DNA of 62,309 nt, filler included. It is 8 parts of 8 records of this genome, joined end to end, with 100 filler letters (N's around TTAATTAATTAA, not from the genome) between each part and the next. Parts side by side here need not be neighbours in the genome. Positions count along the whole stretch, not along the records: positions 6,653 to 17,211 come from SRR31156797_31078; positions 17,312 to 30,028 come from SRR31156797_31080; 6 more parts are not named here. One strand, given 5' to 3'. Shown here in pieces: positions 9,171 through 19,759 of this stretch. Within the stretch, counting starts at the first letter, position 1. Every line of letters starts with the position of its first letter. The notes under the pieces are model-generated. The model was not told where the DNA came from and ran no database searches. It saw nothing but the letters and a program-made list of their open reading frames with translations. The position numbers and the translations under genes are program-made.

Positions 9171-10498
9171 TGCAAAATAGAGTAGTTTGGAGAGAAGGTC
9201 TTTTTATACGACCACAACATTTTCAACAAAATGATAGATTTGTAAATTATGAATTGATGACAAGAACAATAAACTCAAGACCCAATAGTTGGGGTTTATT
9301 TGATATTGATATAGATGATAGTCTATTAAATACAGGAAAAATTTCTATTAAAAAAATTTCAGGAATACTTCCTGATGGAACACTTTTTGATATAAATTCA
9401 AAAGAACAACCTTTATCATTAGATATAAAAAGTTCTGATTCAAGCAAATTAATATATTTAGCAATTCCTTCAATTATTCATGATAGTGATGAAATACACT
9501 TTGAAGAACAAAAAAATCTGCTTACAAGATATAATGCTCAAGTTATTCACAATGTACCAAATATAAATGCAGGTGAAAACAGTATTAGTGATATTTTAGT
9601 TGCCCAGCAAAATTTTAAGTTATTAACACAAGATGAGGTAAATGATAACTACATAAAAATCGAAATCGCAAAAGTTGGGAGTATTTCTCCTAGTGGAGCC
9701 GTAGTATTAGATGATAGTTTTGTACCTACATTTTTACATTTTAATAATTCACAAACTCTTGTTTCAAAAGTAAAAGAGTTATTAAGTATGATATCTTATA
9801 GAGCTGAAAGGCTTGCAGATAATCTGAGTGATTCAACACTTCAGTCAACAGAACTTGGTAATTACTTGATGCTTCAATTATTAAATAGGTTTGAAGCAAA
9901 ATTCAACTTTTTATTAACCCAAGATAAAGTACATCCCGATTTAATTTTTTTAGAGCTTATCTCTTTGGGTAGTGAATTAGCTGTATTTATGAAAAAAGAA
10001 AAAAGAATACAAAATCAAACTATTTATAACCATTATGAGCAAAATTCAAGTTTTGACAGAGTTTTAGATGAATTAAAATCAATGTTAAGTATGGTATTAG
10101 AACAAAATAGTATATCTCTTCCAGTAGAAAAGAGAAAATATGGAATCTATATTGCTTTGATAAAAGATAAAAAAATCATAAATAACTCTACTTTTATATT
10201 CTCTGTTTCAGCAGATTCTGCTTCTCAAAAAGTAAAAGAAACAATGCTATCAAGTTTGAAATTAGGAACAATAGAAACAATAAAAAAATTAGTTAATTTT
10301 CATTTAGTTGGTTTTAAAATTAGAGCCTTGTCAACTCCTCCTAAAGAGATACCATTTAAAGTTAATCATCTTTATTTTTCAATTGAATTAAGCGAAGAAA
10401 ACAAAAAAGAATTATTGCGTTCTACAGGGTTTGCCTTTTATTTATCAAGTGAAATACCAAATATCAGTTACTCTATTTGGGCAATAAAAAACAGTTAA
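9170..10498 (+). CDS. tssK: T6SS baseplate subunit TssK
   Basis: VVWREGLFIRPQHFQQ, GILPDGT.F. Confidence 0.95.
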   Translation: MQNRVVWREGLFIRPQHFQQNDRFVNYELMTRTINSRPNSWGLFDIDIDDSLLNTGKISIKKISGILPDGTLFDINSKEQPLSLDIKSSDSSKLIYLAIPSIIHDSDEIHFEEQKNLLTRYNAQVIHNVPNINAGENSISDILVAQQNFKLLTQDEVNDNYIKIEIAKVGSISPSGAVVLDDSFVPTFLHFNNSQTLVSKVKELLSMISYRAERLADNLSDSTLQSTELGNYLMLQLLNRFEAKFNFLLTQDKVHPDLIFLELISLGSELAVFMKKEKRIQNQTIYNHYEQNSSFDRVLDELKSMLSMVLEQNSISLPVEKRKYGIYIALIKDKKIINNSTFIFSVSADSASQKVKETMLSSLKLGTIETIKKLVNFHLVGFKIRALSTPPKEIPFKVNHLYFSIELSEENKKELLRSTGFAFYLSSEIPNISYSIWAIKNS

Positions 10499-10506
10499 GG
10501 TTAAAA

Positions 10507-11361
10507 ATGAGTAATAAAACAATATTGATTTCAAATAGTAGTAATGATTCTACTCTAACTAGTTTTAATAAAGTTGATATGAATCCATATGATAACTTCA
10601 AAAAACAAGCAAGTACATTTAGAAGAAATAATTTAAGAACAAAATCAAATGATTATGAGATAAGTTTTAATCCTTTTATAGATTCTGCTTCACCTCTTAT
10701 TACATACGCATTGGAGGTTTATGAAAATAAGCATGCAGATTCAGAAACAGATGAGATAAGACAAAATTTAATATCAAAAATAAATATGTATGGTGAGACA
10801 GCATTAAACCATGGGATTGAAAATACTGAAATATTAGTAACAAGATATATATTATGTACTTTTGTTGATGAACTTATGAATTTATGTTTTTCAGGAAAAG
10901 ATAATTGGTCAAGTAATAGTTTATTAAACATCTTTCACAGGGAAACATATGGTGGTGAAAACTTTTTTCATCTTTTAGATAAATTTTTAAAAACTTCTGC
11001 AAAATATATTCATATTTTAGAACTAATGTATATTTGCCTTGCTTTAGGCTTTAAAGGTAAATATAGAGTGGCAAGTAGAGGTGAAGTTGAGTTAAGTAAT
11101 ATCAAAGAGAGTCTATTCAAACAAATAAAAATTGTGCAAGGAAGAGATCCTTATACATTTTATACAGCACAAGAAGCTTCAAAGGAAAAATTTAGATTAT
11201 TTAACAAAATTCCATACAGTTTATTGTTTTTAGGAATATTCTTATTTTTATCAATCGTGTATTCAATATTTACATTTACATTAAGTAAGCAAAATGAAGA
11301 GTTCTTAAATATAGTAGCAAACAAGAAAGTAATAGTTGATAATATAGAAGGAAAGATATAG
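10507..11361 (+). CDS. tssL: T6SS TssL/DotU (no OmpA domain)
   Basis: RYILCTFVDE, FHRETYGGENFF, YICLALGFKGKY, one C-terminal TM. Confidence 0.93.
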   Translation: MSNKTILISNSSNDSTLTSFNKVDMNPYDNFKKQASTFRRNNLRTKSNDYEISFNPFIDSASPLITYALEVYENKHADSETDEIRQNLISKINMYGETALNHGIENTEILVTRYILCTFVDELMNLCFSGKDNWSSNSLLNIFHRETYGGENFFHLLDKFLKTSAKYIHILELMYICLALGFKGKYRVASRGEVELSNIKESLFKQIKIVQGRDPYTFYTAQEASKEKFRLFNKIPYSLLFLGIFLFLSIVYSIFTFTLSKQNEEFLNIVANKKVIVDNIEGKI

Positions 11362-14300
11362 ATGAAAAAAAGCATATTTAAGACAATCTCTTTTTGGGTT
11401 ATATTTTTTGCATTTATTATCTCTTTATTTATAATTTTCGCAACTCCATATTTATTTGAATCATTTAAAGATTTAAATTTTAGATTATTAATTGCATTTT
11501 GTATTTTTTTTACATCTATAATTATAATTTTATTAACTATCTTATTTAAAAAAGAAGAAACTCAAGAGAAGCTAAAAGAAAAAAAAGAGCAATTAGAGCT
11601 TGAAAAAGAGTATAAAAAAGTTATTGCAGAAAAGAAAAAAGATTTAAAAACAAAGTTTAATAATGCAATAAAGATAATAAAGAAATCATCTCTTTATAAA
11701 AATAAACGAAGAGCTAAATATGAATTACCTTGGTACCTTGTTGTTGGAGATCAAAATGAAGGTAAAACTACATTACTTGAATCATCGGGATTGAGTTTTC
11801 CATTAAATGTTGATTATAGTAAAAAAGAAGTTGATGAAGAGACTAATACAAACTCTTTTGAGTGGTATTTTGCAGAGCATTCAATCTTTATCGATATGCC
11901 AGGTAATTATATTGAGCAAAAACAAAATCCTGAAGACCCATTAGTATGGAAAGAGTTTTTAATGTTATTTACAAAAAAAAGATGGAGAAGACCAATAAAT
12001 GGGATTATTCTATCAGTTAGTGCAGATTCTATTTTGGAAAAAAGTGAATTAGAACTTGAACAATATGCAAAAGATTTAAGAGATAGATTTGATGAATTAT
12101 CTAAAGCCTTTATGTCAAGTATACCAATATATTTAATTATTACAAAAGGTGATAAAATTGAAGGTTTTTCAGAATATTTCTCATCACTTACTGAAGATGA
12201 AAAAAATGAAATACTTGGTATTACATTTGCTAGTGAAGAAAAAAATGTAGATACTACAATAATAAAACCTAAGTTAGAAGACTTACTAAAAAGATTAAAT
12301 AGTTCAGTTCTTGATAAAATGCATTATGAATGGGAAGAAAGTCATAGGGGTAAAATATTTTCATTTTGTGATAATTTTTCAATATTTTTTGAAAAAGCTA
12401 ACCTCTTTATTGAGATGTGTTTTTCTCAAACTAGATATAGAAAACCATTGCTTTTAAGAGGTGTGTATTTTACAAGTGTACCTGGTAAAAGTGACTCTAT
12501 GGCTCTAACTACAAAAACTGGATTAGATTATTCAAGAAGTAGTACAAAAGGTTTGTTTATAAAAAAACTTTTAAGTGATATTATTTTTCCTGAATCTGAA
12601 ATTATAAAAATGGATGACAATTATAAAAAGAAAATCAAAAGAAACCAATATATAACATATGGGATTTCATTACTTTTTGTTTCTTTGTTTAGTTTTTTTA
12701 TTATAAATGATTTTATTAATCACAACAGTTTATTGATAAAACTTGAAAAAAACTATCAGTTGTATTTAGAACAAAAAAACAAAATAGTTCCAAGTGATGA
12801 TATTCTTGAAGTTTTACAGGTTTTAAATAAAATTGATAATATTAAAAACTATAATAATGAAAATACATCTGATGATTTTTGGAAGTTACTTTTTTATAAA
12901 GTTGAAGAAAGGAAAAAACTATTACATACTCAGTACCACACTGATTTGACAAGACTTTTAGTTCCAAGAATGGCAAGTTTAATTGAGGCTAATATTAGAA
13001 ATGAACTAAGAGATTTTGATAAAACTTGGAATAATACTAAAGCATATATTATGTTGAATAATATAAAAAGAAGAGACCCAGAGTTTCTTTCTGAATATGC
13101 AAAATATTATATAAGTAAAAATTTTGCAAGTAATAAAACAATTCAAAAACAATTAATATATCATTGGGAAAATATTTTAAGATTAGGATTTAATTCTTAT
13201 GATATAAATCCAAAAATACTAAAAACAGCAAGAAATAGACTTATAAAATCAGGAATTGAAAAACTTACATATAAAGAGATTCAAAAAAGTGTTGCAAATA
13301 TGAACTTAAAAGATTTCTCTTTTGCACAAGTTTTAGGAAACAATCTTTCGTCTTTTTCTGGTTCAGGTTATCTTATACCAGGACTTTATACAAAAAAAGG
13401 GTACAAAGTTATAGTAAAAGATGGTATTAGTATGATAAAAGAAATCTTGAATAATAACTGGGTTTTAGGAGAAAGAACAGATTTAAATCAATATGAAATA
13501 AATGAACATTATAAAAAAGTATTATCTTTTTATTTTGCTGATTATAGAAAATATTGGAATACCGGCTTGTCAAAACTTAAAATCTCTTCGTATAATTCAA
13601 TTATACATTTAACAAATCAGTTATCTTTATTAAGTTCTTCTGATTCTCCTGTTATTAATATACTATCTGGACTTAAACAGAATACACAACTATATACACC
13701 TGAAGAAGAACTTCAAATGAAATCAGATGATAAGGTTAAAAATATTGTTGTAAATAAAGTAGCTAGTGGTCAAGTATCAAGAATAGCTGCTAAAAAGCTT
13801 TTAAATACTTCTGTATCAATTATGGATAATAGTGGAGTGAAAAGCTTAAGAGAATTTTTTAAACCTTATAATGACTTATTAGATGATGATTATCAAGCTA
13901 CAAGTATATTGAAAGATACAATTAGTAAAATGAACTATACTTATCAGTTAATAAACTCTATTCAAGGTGCTATTGATTCAGAACTTGATTCTTTTAAAAT
14001 TGTAAAAGACAGAGTTGATGGAAAAACTAAGCCTATTGTAACATCATCAAATAATCTTCCTATTCAAGTTAGAAAATGGTATAGAACTGTATTAAAAAAC
14101 AACTGGAAATATTTGTTAGAAAATGCAAAATCTTATATAAATAAAAAGTATAAAAATGATGTTTATAGTTTTTATGAAAAGAGACTAAAAGGCAAATACC
14201 CAATATCAAAGGCAGAAAAAACGAACTTTGTAAAACTTGAAGACTTTAGCGATTTCTTTAAACAAGGCGGAGTTTTTGAAAATTACTATAATAACTATTT

Positions 14301-14838
14301 ATCTATATTTGTATCGATAAATACTAATACAAATCAATATCAATATAAAAATTTAGATGGAAGTACCATTCAGATTGATAATAGCATACTTCAAGGTTTA
14401 TTAAAAGCATACAAAATTAGAAGGGTGTTCTTCCGAAATAATGGAAGTCTAGGTTTTGATGCATTTATAAGACCCCGAGATTTAAGTGGAAATCTAGCAA
14501 CAATGTATTTGATGTATGACAATCAATCAGTATATTATGAACATGGACCAATTTTGAATAAAAAGATTGTTTGGCCTCCTAAAACTATGAACAATTTAAT
14601 TAAATTTAAACTTTTCAATTTAAAAAATGAACTTGTTTCTGAAGAATATATTGATAATGATTGGGCATTTTTTAAATTAATTGATAATTTTTCAGTTGAT
14701 TTATCAAGAAATAACGAAGCAGCATTTACATACAAGAATAAAGAGTATTCGGGGTCATATTATATAAAAGGTGATATTGTGAAAATGTTTAACAGAGACG
14801 GGTCTTTGAGTAGTTTTTACTTGAGTGGAAGTTTATAA
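11362..14838 (+). CDS. tssM: T6SS membrane subunit TssM/IcmF
   Basis: YELPWYLVVG..GKTT, RRPINGII, LLRGVYFTS, IPGLYTKKG, YEHGP..WP. Confidence 0.95.
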   Translation: MKKSIFKTISFWVIFFAFIISLFIIFATPYLFESFKDLNFRLLIAFCIFFTSIIIILLTILFKKEETQEKLKEKKEQLELEKEYKKVIAEKKKDLKTKFNNAIKIIKKSSLYKNKRRAKYELPWYLVVGDQNEGKTTLLESSGLSFPLNVDYSKKEVDEETNTNSFEWYFAEHSIFIDMPGNYIEQKQNPEDPLVWKEFLMLFTKKRWRRPINGIILSVSADSILEKSELELEQYAKDLRDRFDELSKAFMSSIPIYLIITKGDKIEGFSEYFSSLTEDEKNEILGITFASEEKNVDTTIIKPKLEDLLKRLNSSVLDKMHYEWEESHRGKIFSFCDNFSIFFEKANLFIEMCFSQTRYRKPLLLRGVYFTSVPGKSDSMALTTKTGLDYSRSSTKGLFIKKLLSDIIFPESEIIKMDDNYKKKIKRNQYITYGISLLFVSLFSFFIINDFINHNSLLIKLEKNYQLYLEQKNKIVPSDDILEVLQVLNKIDNIKNYNNENTSDDFWKLLFYKVEERKKLLHTQYHTDLTRLLVPRMASLIEANIRNELRDFDKTWNNTKAYIMLNNIKRRDPEFLSEYAKYYISKNFASNKTIQKQLIYHWENILRLGFNSYDINPKILKTARNRLIKSGIEKLTYKEIQKSVANMNLKDFSFAQVLGNNLSSFSGSGYLIPGLYTKKGYKVIVKDGISMIKEILNNNWVLGERTDLNQYEINEHYKKVLSFYFADYRKYWNTGLSKLKISSYNSIIHLTNQLSLLSSSDSPVINILSGLKQNTQLYTPEEELQMKSDDKVKNIVVNKVASGQVSRIAAKKLLNTSVSIMDNSGVKSLREFFKPYNDLLDDDYQATSILKDTISKMNYTYQLINSIQGAIDSELDSFKIVKDRVDGKTKPIVTSSNNLPIQVRKWYRTVLKNNWKYLLENAKSYINKKYKNDVYSFYEKRLKGKYPISKAEKTNFVKLEDFSDFFKQGGVFENYYNNYLSIFVSINTNTNQYQYKNLDGSTIQIDNSILQGLLKAYKIRRVFFRNNGSLGFDAFIRPRDLSGNLATMYLMYDNQSVYYEHGPILNKKIVWPPKTMNNLIKFKLFNLKNELVSEEYIDNDWAFFKLIDNFSVDLSRNNEAAFTYKNKEYSGSYYIKGDIVKMFNRDGSLSSFYLSGSL

Positions 14839-15515
14839 TGGGATTTTCTAGTTTATGTTTTACTCATCCAGGTCATGTAAGAAAAGTAAATGAAGATGCA
14901 TTTTACTCTTGTGATAAAAAAGGCTTATGGATAGTTTGTGATGGGATGGGGGGACATGATGAAGGGAATTTTGCTAGTCATCTTATCACAGATATTTTTG
15001 AAGAGTTTGAATTAAAAGGCAGTTTTGAAGATAAAATTGCACTAATGAATAAACAGTTAAAAGTTATTCATAATATTTTAAAAAATAAAGTTGAAAAACT
15101 TGGAAATGATGTAAAAATAGGTACAACACTTATGTTGTTGCATATAGATGGAGATAAAGGTGTATGTATTCATGCAGGAGATACACGTTGTTATAATCTT
15201 AGAAACAATATTCTAAGTACAGTCACAAAAGACCACGCTGTTGAAATTGATGATTTTTATGGATATAGAAGAGTCTTAACATCTGCAATAAGTGCACCAG
15301 GAGATTTTAATATTGAAGTAACAAGATTTATCGTTGATAGAGATGATGTATATTTGTTATGTAGTGATGGTTTATATGACAATGTTGGAAGTAATATTAT
15401 AAAAGCCTCAATGGAAGAAAAGAGCTTAGAATTGGGAATTGAAAAATTAAGGTTTAATGTTCTCTCTTCAATTGCAGATGATAATATTACTGCTGTTATG
15501 GTTGCAAAAAAATGA
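14838..15515 (+). CDS. PP2C-type Ser/Thr phosphatase (Stp1/PppA-like)
   Basis: THPGHVRKVNED, CDGMGGH, GDTRCY, LCSDGL, DDNIT. Confidence 0.92.
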   Translation: MGFSSLCFTHPGHVRKVNEDAFYSCDKKGLWIVCDGMGGHDEGNFASHLITDIFEEFELKGSFEDKIALMNKQLKVIHNILKNKVEKLGNDVKIGTTLMLLHIDGDKGVCIHAGDTRCYNLRNNILSTVTKDHAVEIDDFYGYRRVLTSAISAPGDFNIEVTRFIVDRDDVYLLCSDGLYDNVGSNIIKASMEEKSLELGIEKLRFNVLSSIADDNITAVMVAKK

Positions 15516-16372
15516 ATATTATAAATGAAATAGCAAAAAAAAGTAAAAAAAGAAAAAATAGTAATACTGAATTAAATATATTAAATAAAAGATACTCTTA
15601 TTTTGAAGAAGTTGGAAGAGGTGGATTAAGTGTTGTTTATAAAGGTATCGACATCTATAATGAATATTTTAGAAAAGAATCAAAAATAGTAATAAAAATA
15701 CCAACAAAAGATTTACTGAAAAAAGAAGATATTGATGCTTTTGTTTATTCTGAATATTGTTATTTAAAAGAGTTAAGCAATGACAATATAGTAAGAGTAT
15801 TGGATTTTGGAATAGATAAAAAAACAAAAATTCCATATCTTGTGTTAGATTATATAGAAGGAAGTTTATTAAGTGAAGTTACGCTTATAAGTATTGATAT
15901 AAAAGTGAAAAATAGGATTTTTAAATCACTTATTAAAACTCTATCATATATTCATAGTAAAAATATTGTTCATTGTGATATTGCACCAAATAATATTATT
16001 ATAAAAGACAATTATAAGCCAGTACTTTTTGATTTTGGAATTTCACAGTATAGTAATAGTCCGAATAGTATCTCTTTGGAGTTCAGTAAAATAAAAGCAA
16101 TTAATCCAAAATATACAGCTCCTGAATTAATTGAAAATAAAAATGAAAAGCCAACTTTTGAATCAGATGTTTTTTCTTTAGCCGTTGTTTTATATGAACT
16201 CTATACAAATAAACAATTGTTTCAAGAAAGTTCTATTGAGTTGAGAAATAAATCTATAAAAAAGAAAGATTTGTCACAAATACCATTTTACTTAAGAGGA
16301 TGGTTTAAAAAGGCACTTTCCATCCATCCTTTAGATAGAAAATTACCAAAAAAATATATTTTTTATATATAA
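15512..16372 (+). CDS. Hanks-type Ser/Thr kinase, catalytic domain only (Stk1-like)
   Basis: GRGGLSVVYK, VIKIP, HCDIAPNN, DFG, YTAPE, SDVFSL; no TM. Confidence 0.9.
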   Translation: MNIINEIAKKSKKRKNSNTELNILNKRYSYFEEVGRGGLSVVYKGIDIYNEYFRKESKIVIKIPTKDLLKKEDIDAFVYSEYCYLKELSNDNIVRVLDFGIDKKTKIPYLVLDYIEGSLLSEVTLISIDIKVKNRIFKSLIKTLSYIHSKNIVHCDIAPNNIIIKDNYKPVLFDFGISQYSNSPNSISLEFSKIKAINPKYTAPELIENKNEKPTFESDVFSLAVVLYELYTNKQLFQESSIELRNKSIKKKDLSQIPFYLRGWFKKALSIHPLDRKLPKKYIFYI

Positions 16373-16465
16373 AATTATAATTTTTTTAGTTTTTTTTATA
16401 TAATTTAATTACAATTAAATTATTTTTTAGTAAAATTCAATACAAATTTTTTTTAAGGACAAAGA

Positions 16466-16990
16466 ATGAATAACCCGATTTTTATTTCAATCACAGGAAG
16501 CACTCAAGGTTTAATTACTCAAGGTGCATTTACGCCAGAATCAGTTGGTAACTCTTACCAAAAAGGTCATGAAGATGAAGCACTAATTAAAGGGTTCTCT
16601 CATAATATTAGTATTCCAAGAGATCCTCAATCTGGTCAACCTTCAGGACAAAGAGTTCACGAACCACTAGTTATATCTAAACTATTTGATAAATCTTCAC
16701 CTCTACTTTACAATGCATTAACAAAAGGTGAAACTTTAACTGATGTTGAACTTAAATGGTATAGAACTAGTTATGCTGGTAAACCTGAACATTACTTTTC
16801 AGTTGTATTGGAAGATGCTGTTATTGTAAATATTGATTCATATATGGATAATGAAGAGGGAATAGCAAAAACTCAAGTTGCACCATTAGAAAAAGTATCA
16901 TTTGCATATAGAAAAATCACATGGAGACATGAGACTGCAAGTACATCTGGTGAAGATGATTGGAGAATAGGAGTTGGGCTTAGCGCTTAA
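16466..16990 (+). CDS. hcp: T6SS tube protein Hcp/TssD
   Basis: GSTQGLIT.GAFT..SVGN.YQKGHED, PRDPQSGQPSGQRVH, WYRTS, YRKITW. Confidence 0.96.
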   Translation: MNNPIFISITGSTQGLITQGAFTPESVGNSYQKGHEDEALIKGFSHNISIPRDPQSGQPSGQRVHEPLVISKLFDKSSPLLYNALTKGETLTDVELKWYRTSYAGKPEHYFSVVLEDAVIVNIDSYMDNEEGIAKTQVAPLEKVSFAYRKITWRHETASTSGEDDWRIGVGLSA

Positions 16991-16998
16991 TTCGTTTT

Positions 16999-17034
16999 AA
17001 GAGAAAGATTTAAATCTTTCTCTTTTTATTTTTT
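16999..17034 (+). terminator. Rho-independent terminator after hcp
   Basis: AGAGAAAGAT / ATCTTTCTCT stem followed by a T-rich tract. Confidence 0.75.
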
Positions 17035-17108
17035 ATTAAATAATAATCTAATTATTACTTAGTAGAGAATAATACCTATAAGATAAAGACAAGAAAAGAG
17101 AGAATAGG

Positions 17109-17211
17109 ATGTCAAAGAAGCTAAAAGAGACAATAGAGAGTATAGAAGAGGTAGGATTAAAAGAGCTAAGAAAAGAAGTAAGACAAGAGATAAGCTGCAG
17201 AATAGACTTAC
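17109..17211 (+). CDS. 5' start of the next gene (possibly VgrG), truncated
   Basis: ATG..MSKKLKETIESIEEVGLKELRKEVRQEISCRIDL is open to the contig end; identity guessed only from position after hcp. Confidence 0.35.
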
Positions 17212-17311
17212 NNNNNNNNNNNNNNNNNNNNNNNNNNNNNNNNNNNNNNNNNNNNTTAATTAATTAANNNNNNNNNNNNNNNNNNNNNNNNNNNNNNNNN
17301 NNNNNNNNNNN
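17212..17311. other. Artificial contig linker
   Basis: N-run + TTAATTAATTAA. Confidence 0.99.
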
Positions 17312-17746
17312 GAGCTGAAAAGGGTGGTGAAAAAAGGCGGAAAAATCGCCCTGCTCGGCTGGTCCTCCCAGCTGCTTCTACCGGGATTTCCCGGCCTTGA
17401 AGCAAAGCTGAACGCCACAAAGGAGGGGATTGCCCCGTTTAAAGAAGGCATGGAACCTGCCAGGCATTTCCTGAGAACGGGAAAAATATTGAAGGAACTT
17501 GGGTTTCAAGGAATAGGCGTAAAAACATTTCTCAAGGATATCCGTGCTCCCCTTGAACCCGATACTTTCAATGCGGTAAAAGATCTCATGGAAATGCGAT
17601 GGCCCGAAACCCCACCGGCCTTATCGGAAGATGAGCTTGCGCTTTACCGGCAGATCGCGGATCCGGACGCCCCCGGGTTCATCCTTGCCGATGCGAATTA
17701 CTATGGATTTTTTACCTACACAATGTTTTTTGCTACAAAAGCGTAA
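17312..17746 (+). CDS. Class I SAM-dependent methyltransferase, C-terminal part
   Basis: ELKRVVKKGGKIALL is the typical late-fold methyltransferase motif. Confidence 0.7.
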   Translation, partial: ELKRVVKKGGKIALLGWSSQLLLPGFPGLEAKLNATKEGIAPFKEGMEPARHFLRTGKILKELGFQGIGVKTFLKDIRAPLEPDTFNAVKDLMEMRWPETPPALSEDELALYRQIADPDAPGFILADANYYGFFTYTMFFATKA

Positions 17747-18035
17747 ACAGATAAATAATTAAACGATCCGAGAATCCGTTCCCGGGACCCGATTTCCACA
17801 GCTTTCCGACGTTGCCATGGGCAGCCGGTATTCACCCGTTGAACACCGGCTGTAAGCCCACGGCCGTCATGTGGATCTAAAAAAGATACCTTGATGTCCT
17901 TTCCTTGTCTCGAAGATATGAACTGCCGTAACGCTCCGGGCAGTAATTCTCTTCGGCCATGATTACCGGATGCATGAATAAGAGATGCCCCCCATATCCC
18001 ATTCATTATTGGCATATTCCTCATCAAACAGGTTT

Positions 18036-18733
18036 TTACAACAGGATCATGGCCTGTTCAAGGCGGATTTTTCTAAGATAACCAAACACCGTGGTGCCAA
18101 ACCTTTCCCGAAACCCTTTGCTCAGTTTGGTGTGGGACAGTCCGACCCTTTTGGCCAGCTCAAAAAATCCGGGGGGATTTTCAATATCATGGCAAAGCAG
18201 TTGCTTTGCATATTGAATTTGTTCATGGCGCTTTCAAGGGAGTAATCACCCCCTTGTCCGGCATCCGCAATTTTTCGTAATCCCCCGGGGATACCGGCAA
18301 ATTCCTCCCCAAGGTAGTTATGCAATCTTGCCGGGTCCATGCCAATGGAGACTTTGTACAGATTCAGTCCGCTAGAGAACTCCATCACCCCCTTCAGTTC
18401 GGGATAATACTTTATGGCGCACCGGCCAAAAGATTCATCCACCGCTTTATCCCCCCTGGCATCGATCCAGAGCACACTTCCATTGCTTGGAAGGGAATAA
18501 GTAAAACGTAACATGGGAGGTTCTTTGGTATCGATCTGCTGGGTCACATCCATGGAAAAACAGAAACTGGCCATCTCTATTTTGATCCATGAGGAACAAT
18601 TGATACAGTAAATTGACCCGTTACACGGATCTCCCGGAAAAGAGAAACCGAATTCCAGCATTTTTTCAGGTTCAGGGGCAGCCCATATCCGGTTTGTCTC
18701 ATCAATCAACTTAAATACATTTGCAAGGGTCAT
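18036..18733 (-). pseudogene. Decayed AraC-family regulator
   Basis: N-terminal sensing domain in one frame; HTH segment AKQLLCHDIENPPGFFELAKRVGLSHTKLSKGFRERFGTTVFGYLRKIRLEQAMILL* in another frame, truncated. Confidence 0.8.
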
Positions 18734-18742
18734 CGCGTATGC

Positions 18743-19759
18743 CTATTTTCTGGCGGCCTGGAGGAATGAGACCGGCGGGCAGCCGAAATGCCTGGTAAAG
18801 GCCCGTGAGAAATGGGCTCTGTTGGCATATCCCACCTCATATGCCACCTCGGTGACGTTCATATCGCCTGTTGCCAGAAGCACTCTGCCTTTTTCCATGC
18901 GAAGATCCGTCAGATATCCAAATGCCGTTGTGCCAAAAAGAGACTTGAACCCCTTTTTCAATTTGGTCTCATTGAGCCCCGCCCTTCCGGCCAGCTCCCC
19001 AAGGGAGGGCGGATTGGCAATATCATGGGCCAGTATCCTTTTCACCAGATGGAGTTTATCCCTGTCCGAAGCCCCCAGCCGGACCTTGTCACGGGCCTCT
19101 TTTCGCTCGAACCGGGCAAGCAGCAATGCAAAAAGCTCCATTGTCTTTGACTCGAGATACAGTTTTTTTGCCGCCCCCTGAAACCGGCAGTTCATGAGCT
19201 GATGGGCCGCCATCTGCATGAACGGGCAGGTTCTTTCTTTGTGATAGCTGAACTGATCGGCGGGATCATTGATGAAACTCAAGAAATCCGGGGGCAGGCA
19301 ATGGGACCGGTTGTCAACCAATTGCCACATCAAGTCCGGCTGGATCAATATGCTGATCATCATGATTTTCTCATCGGGCAGGCACTCAATAAAACCGTTG
19401 GAACTATCCGAAAACGAGAAATCAAATTCCCCGGCCCGGGTGAAAAAGGTCTGCCTGTTATCAGGGCTGTTTGCGATCCAGTTTAATTTGCCGGAGATGC
19501 ATACGGAAATCCCGAACGGGTAATGTTCCGCTTCGACCTTTGCGGTCATTTTCTCTTTGAGGCAATAGTTCTCAAGGTAGAGTTTCAGGCCGGGGCGAAG
19601 GGATATTTCCCGCCGGTATCCGGAACCGATCTCCCTGGGCAGCTCCAGAACGGCTTCCAGATTGTCCCTGGGATCGGCCACCCCGTATTTCTGGAATTTT
19701 TCAAAAAGCCTGTTTTTTTTATCCATTCCCCAAGATCTCCCGTTTATCTCCTTCGTCAT
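18743..19759 (-). CDS. AraC-family transcriptional regulator (PchR/YbtA-like)
   Basis: LYLESK, PPSLGELA..GLNETKLKKGFK..FGTT, VTEVAYEVGY..HFSRAF. Confidence 0.92.
   Translation of the reverse strand: MTKEINGRSWGMDKKNRLFEKFQKYGVADPRDNLEAVLELPREIGSGYRREISLRPGLKLYLENYCLKEKMTAKVEAEHYPFGISVCISGKLNWIANSPDNRQTFFTRAGEFDFSFSDSSNGFIECLPDEKIMMISILIQPDLMWQLVDNRSHCLPPDFLSFINDPADQFSYHKERTCPFMQMAAHQLMNCRFQGAAKKLYLESKTMELFALLLARFERKEARDKVRLGASDRDKLHLVKRILAHDIANPPSLGELAGRAGLNETKLKKGFKSLFGTTAFGYLTDLRMEKGRVLLATGDMNVTEVAYEVGYANRAHFSRAFTRHFGCPPVSFLQAARK

Noticed and set aside
15512-16372. HCDIAPNN catalytic loop as a sign of a pseudokinase or Tyr kinase
   Set aside because: The catalytic Asp/Asn, the VAIK Lys and DFG are intact, and DIAP variants occur in bacterial Ser/Thr kinases
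4485-16990. Tle1-like DUF2235 gene as an effector of the nearby T6SS
   Set aside because: They are separated by an artificial linker and differ sharply in base composition, so they come from different contigs
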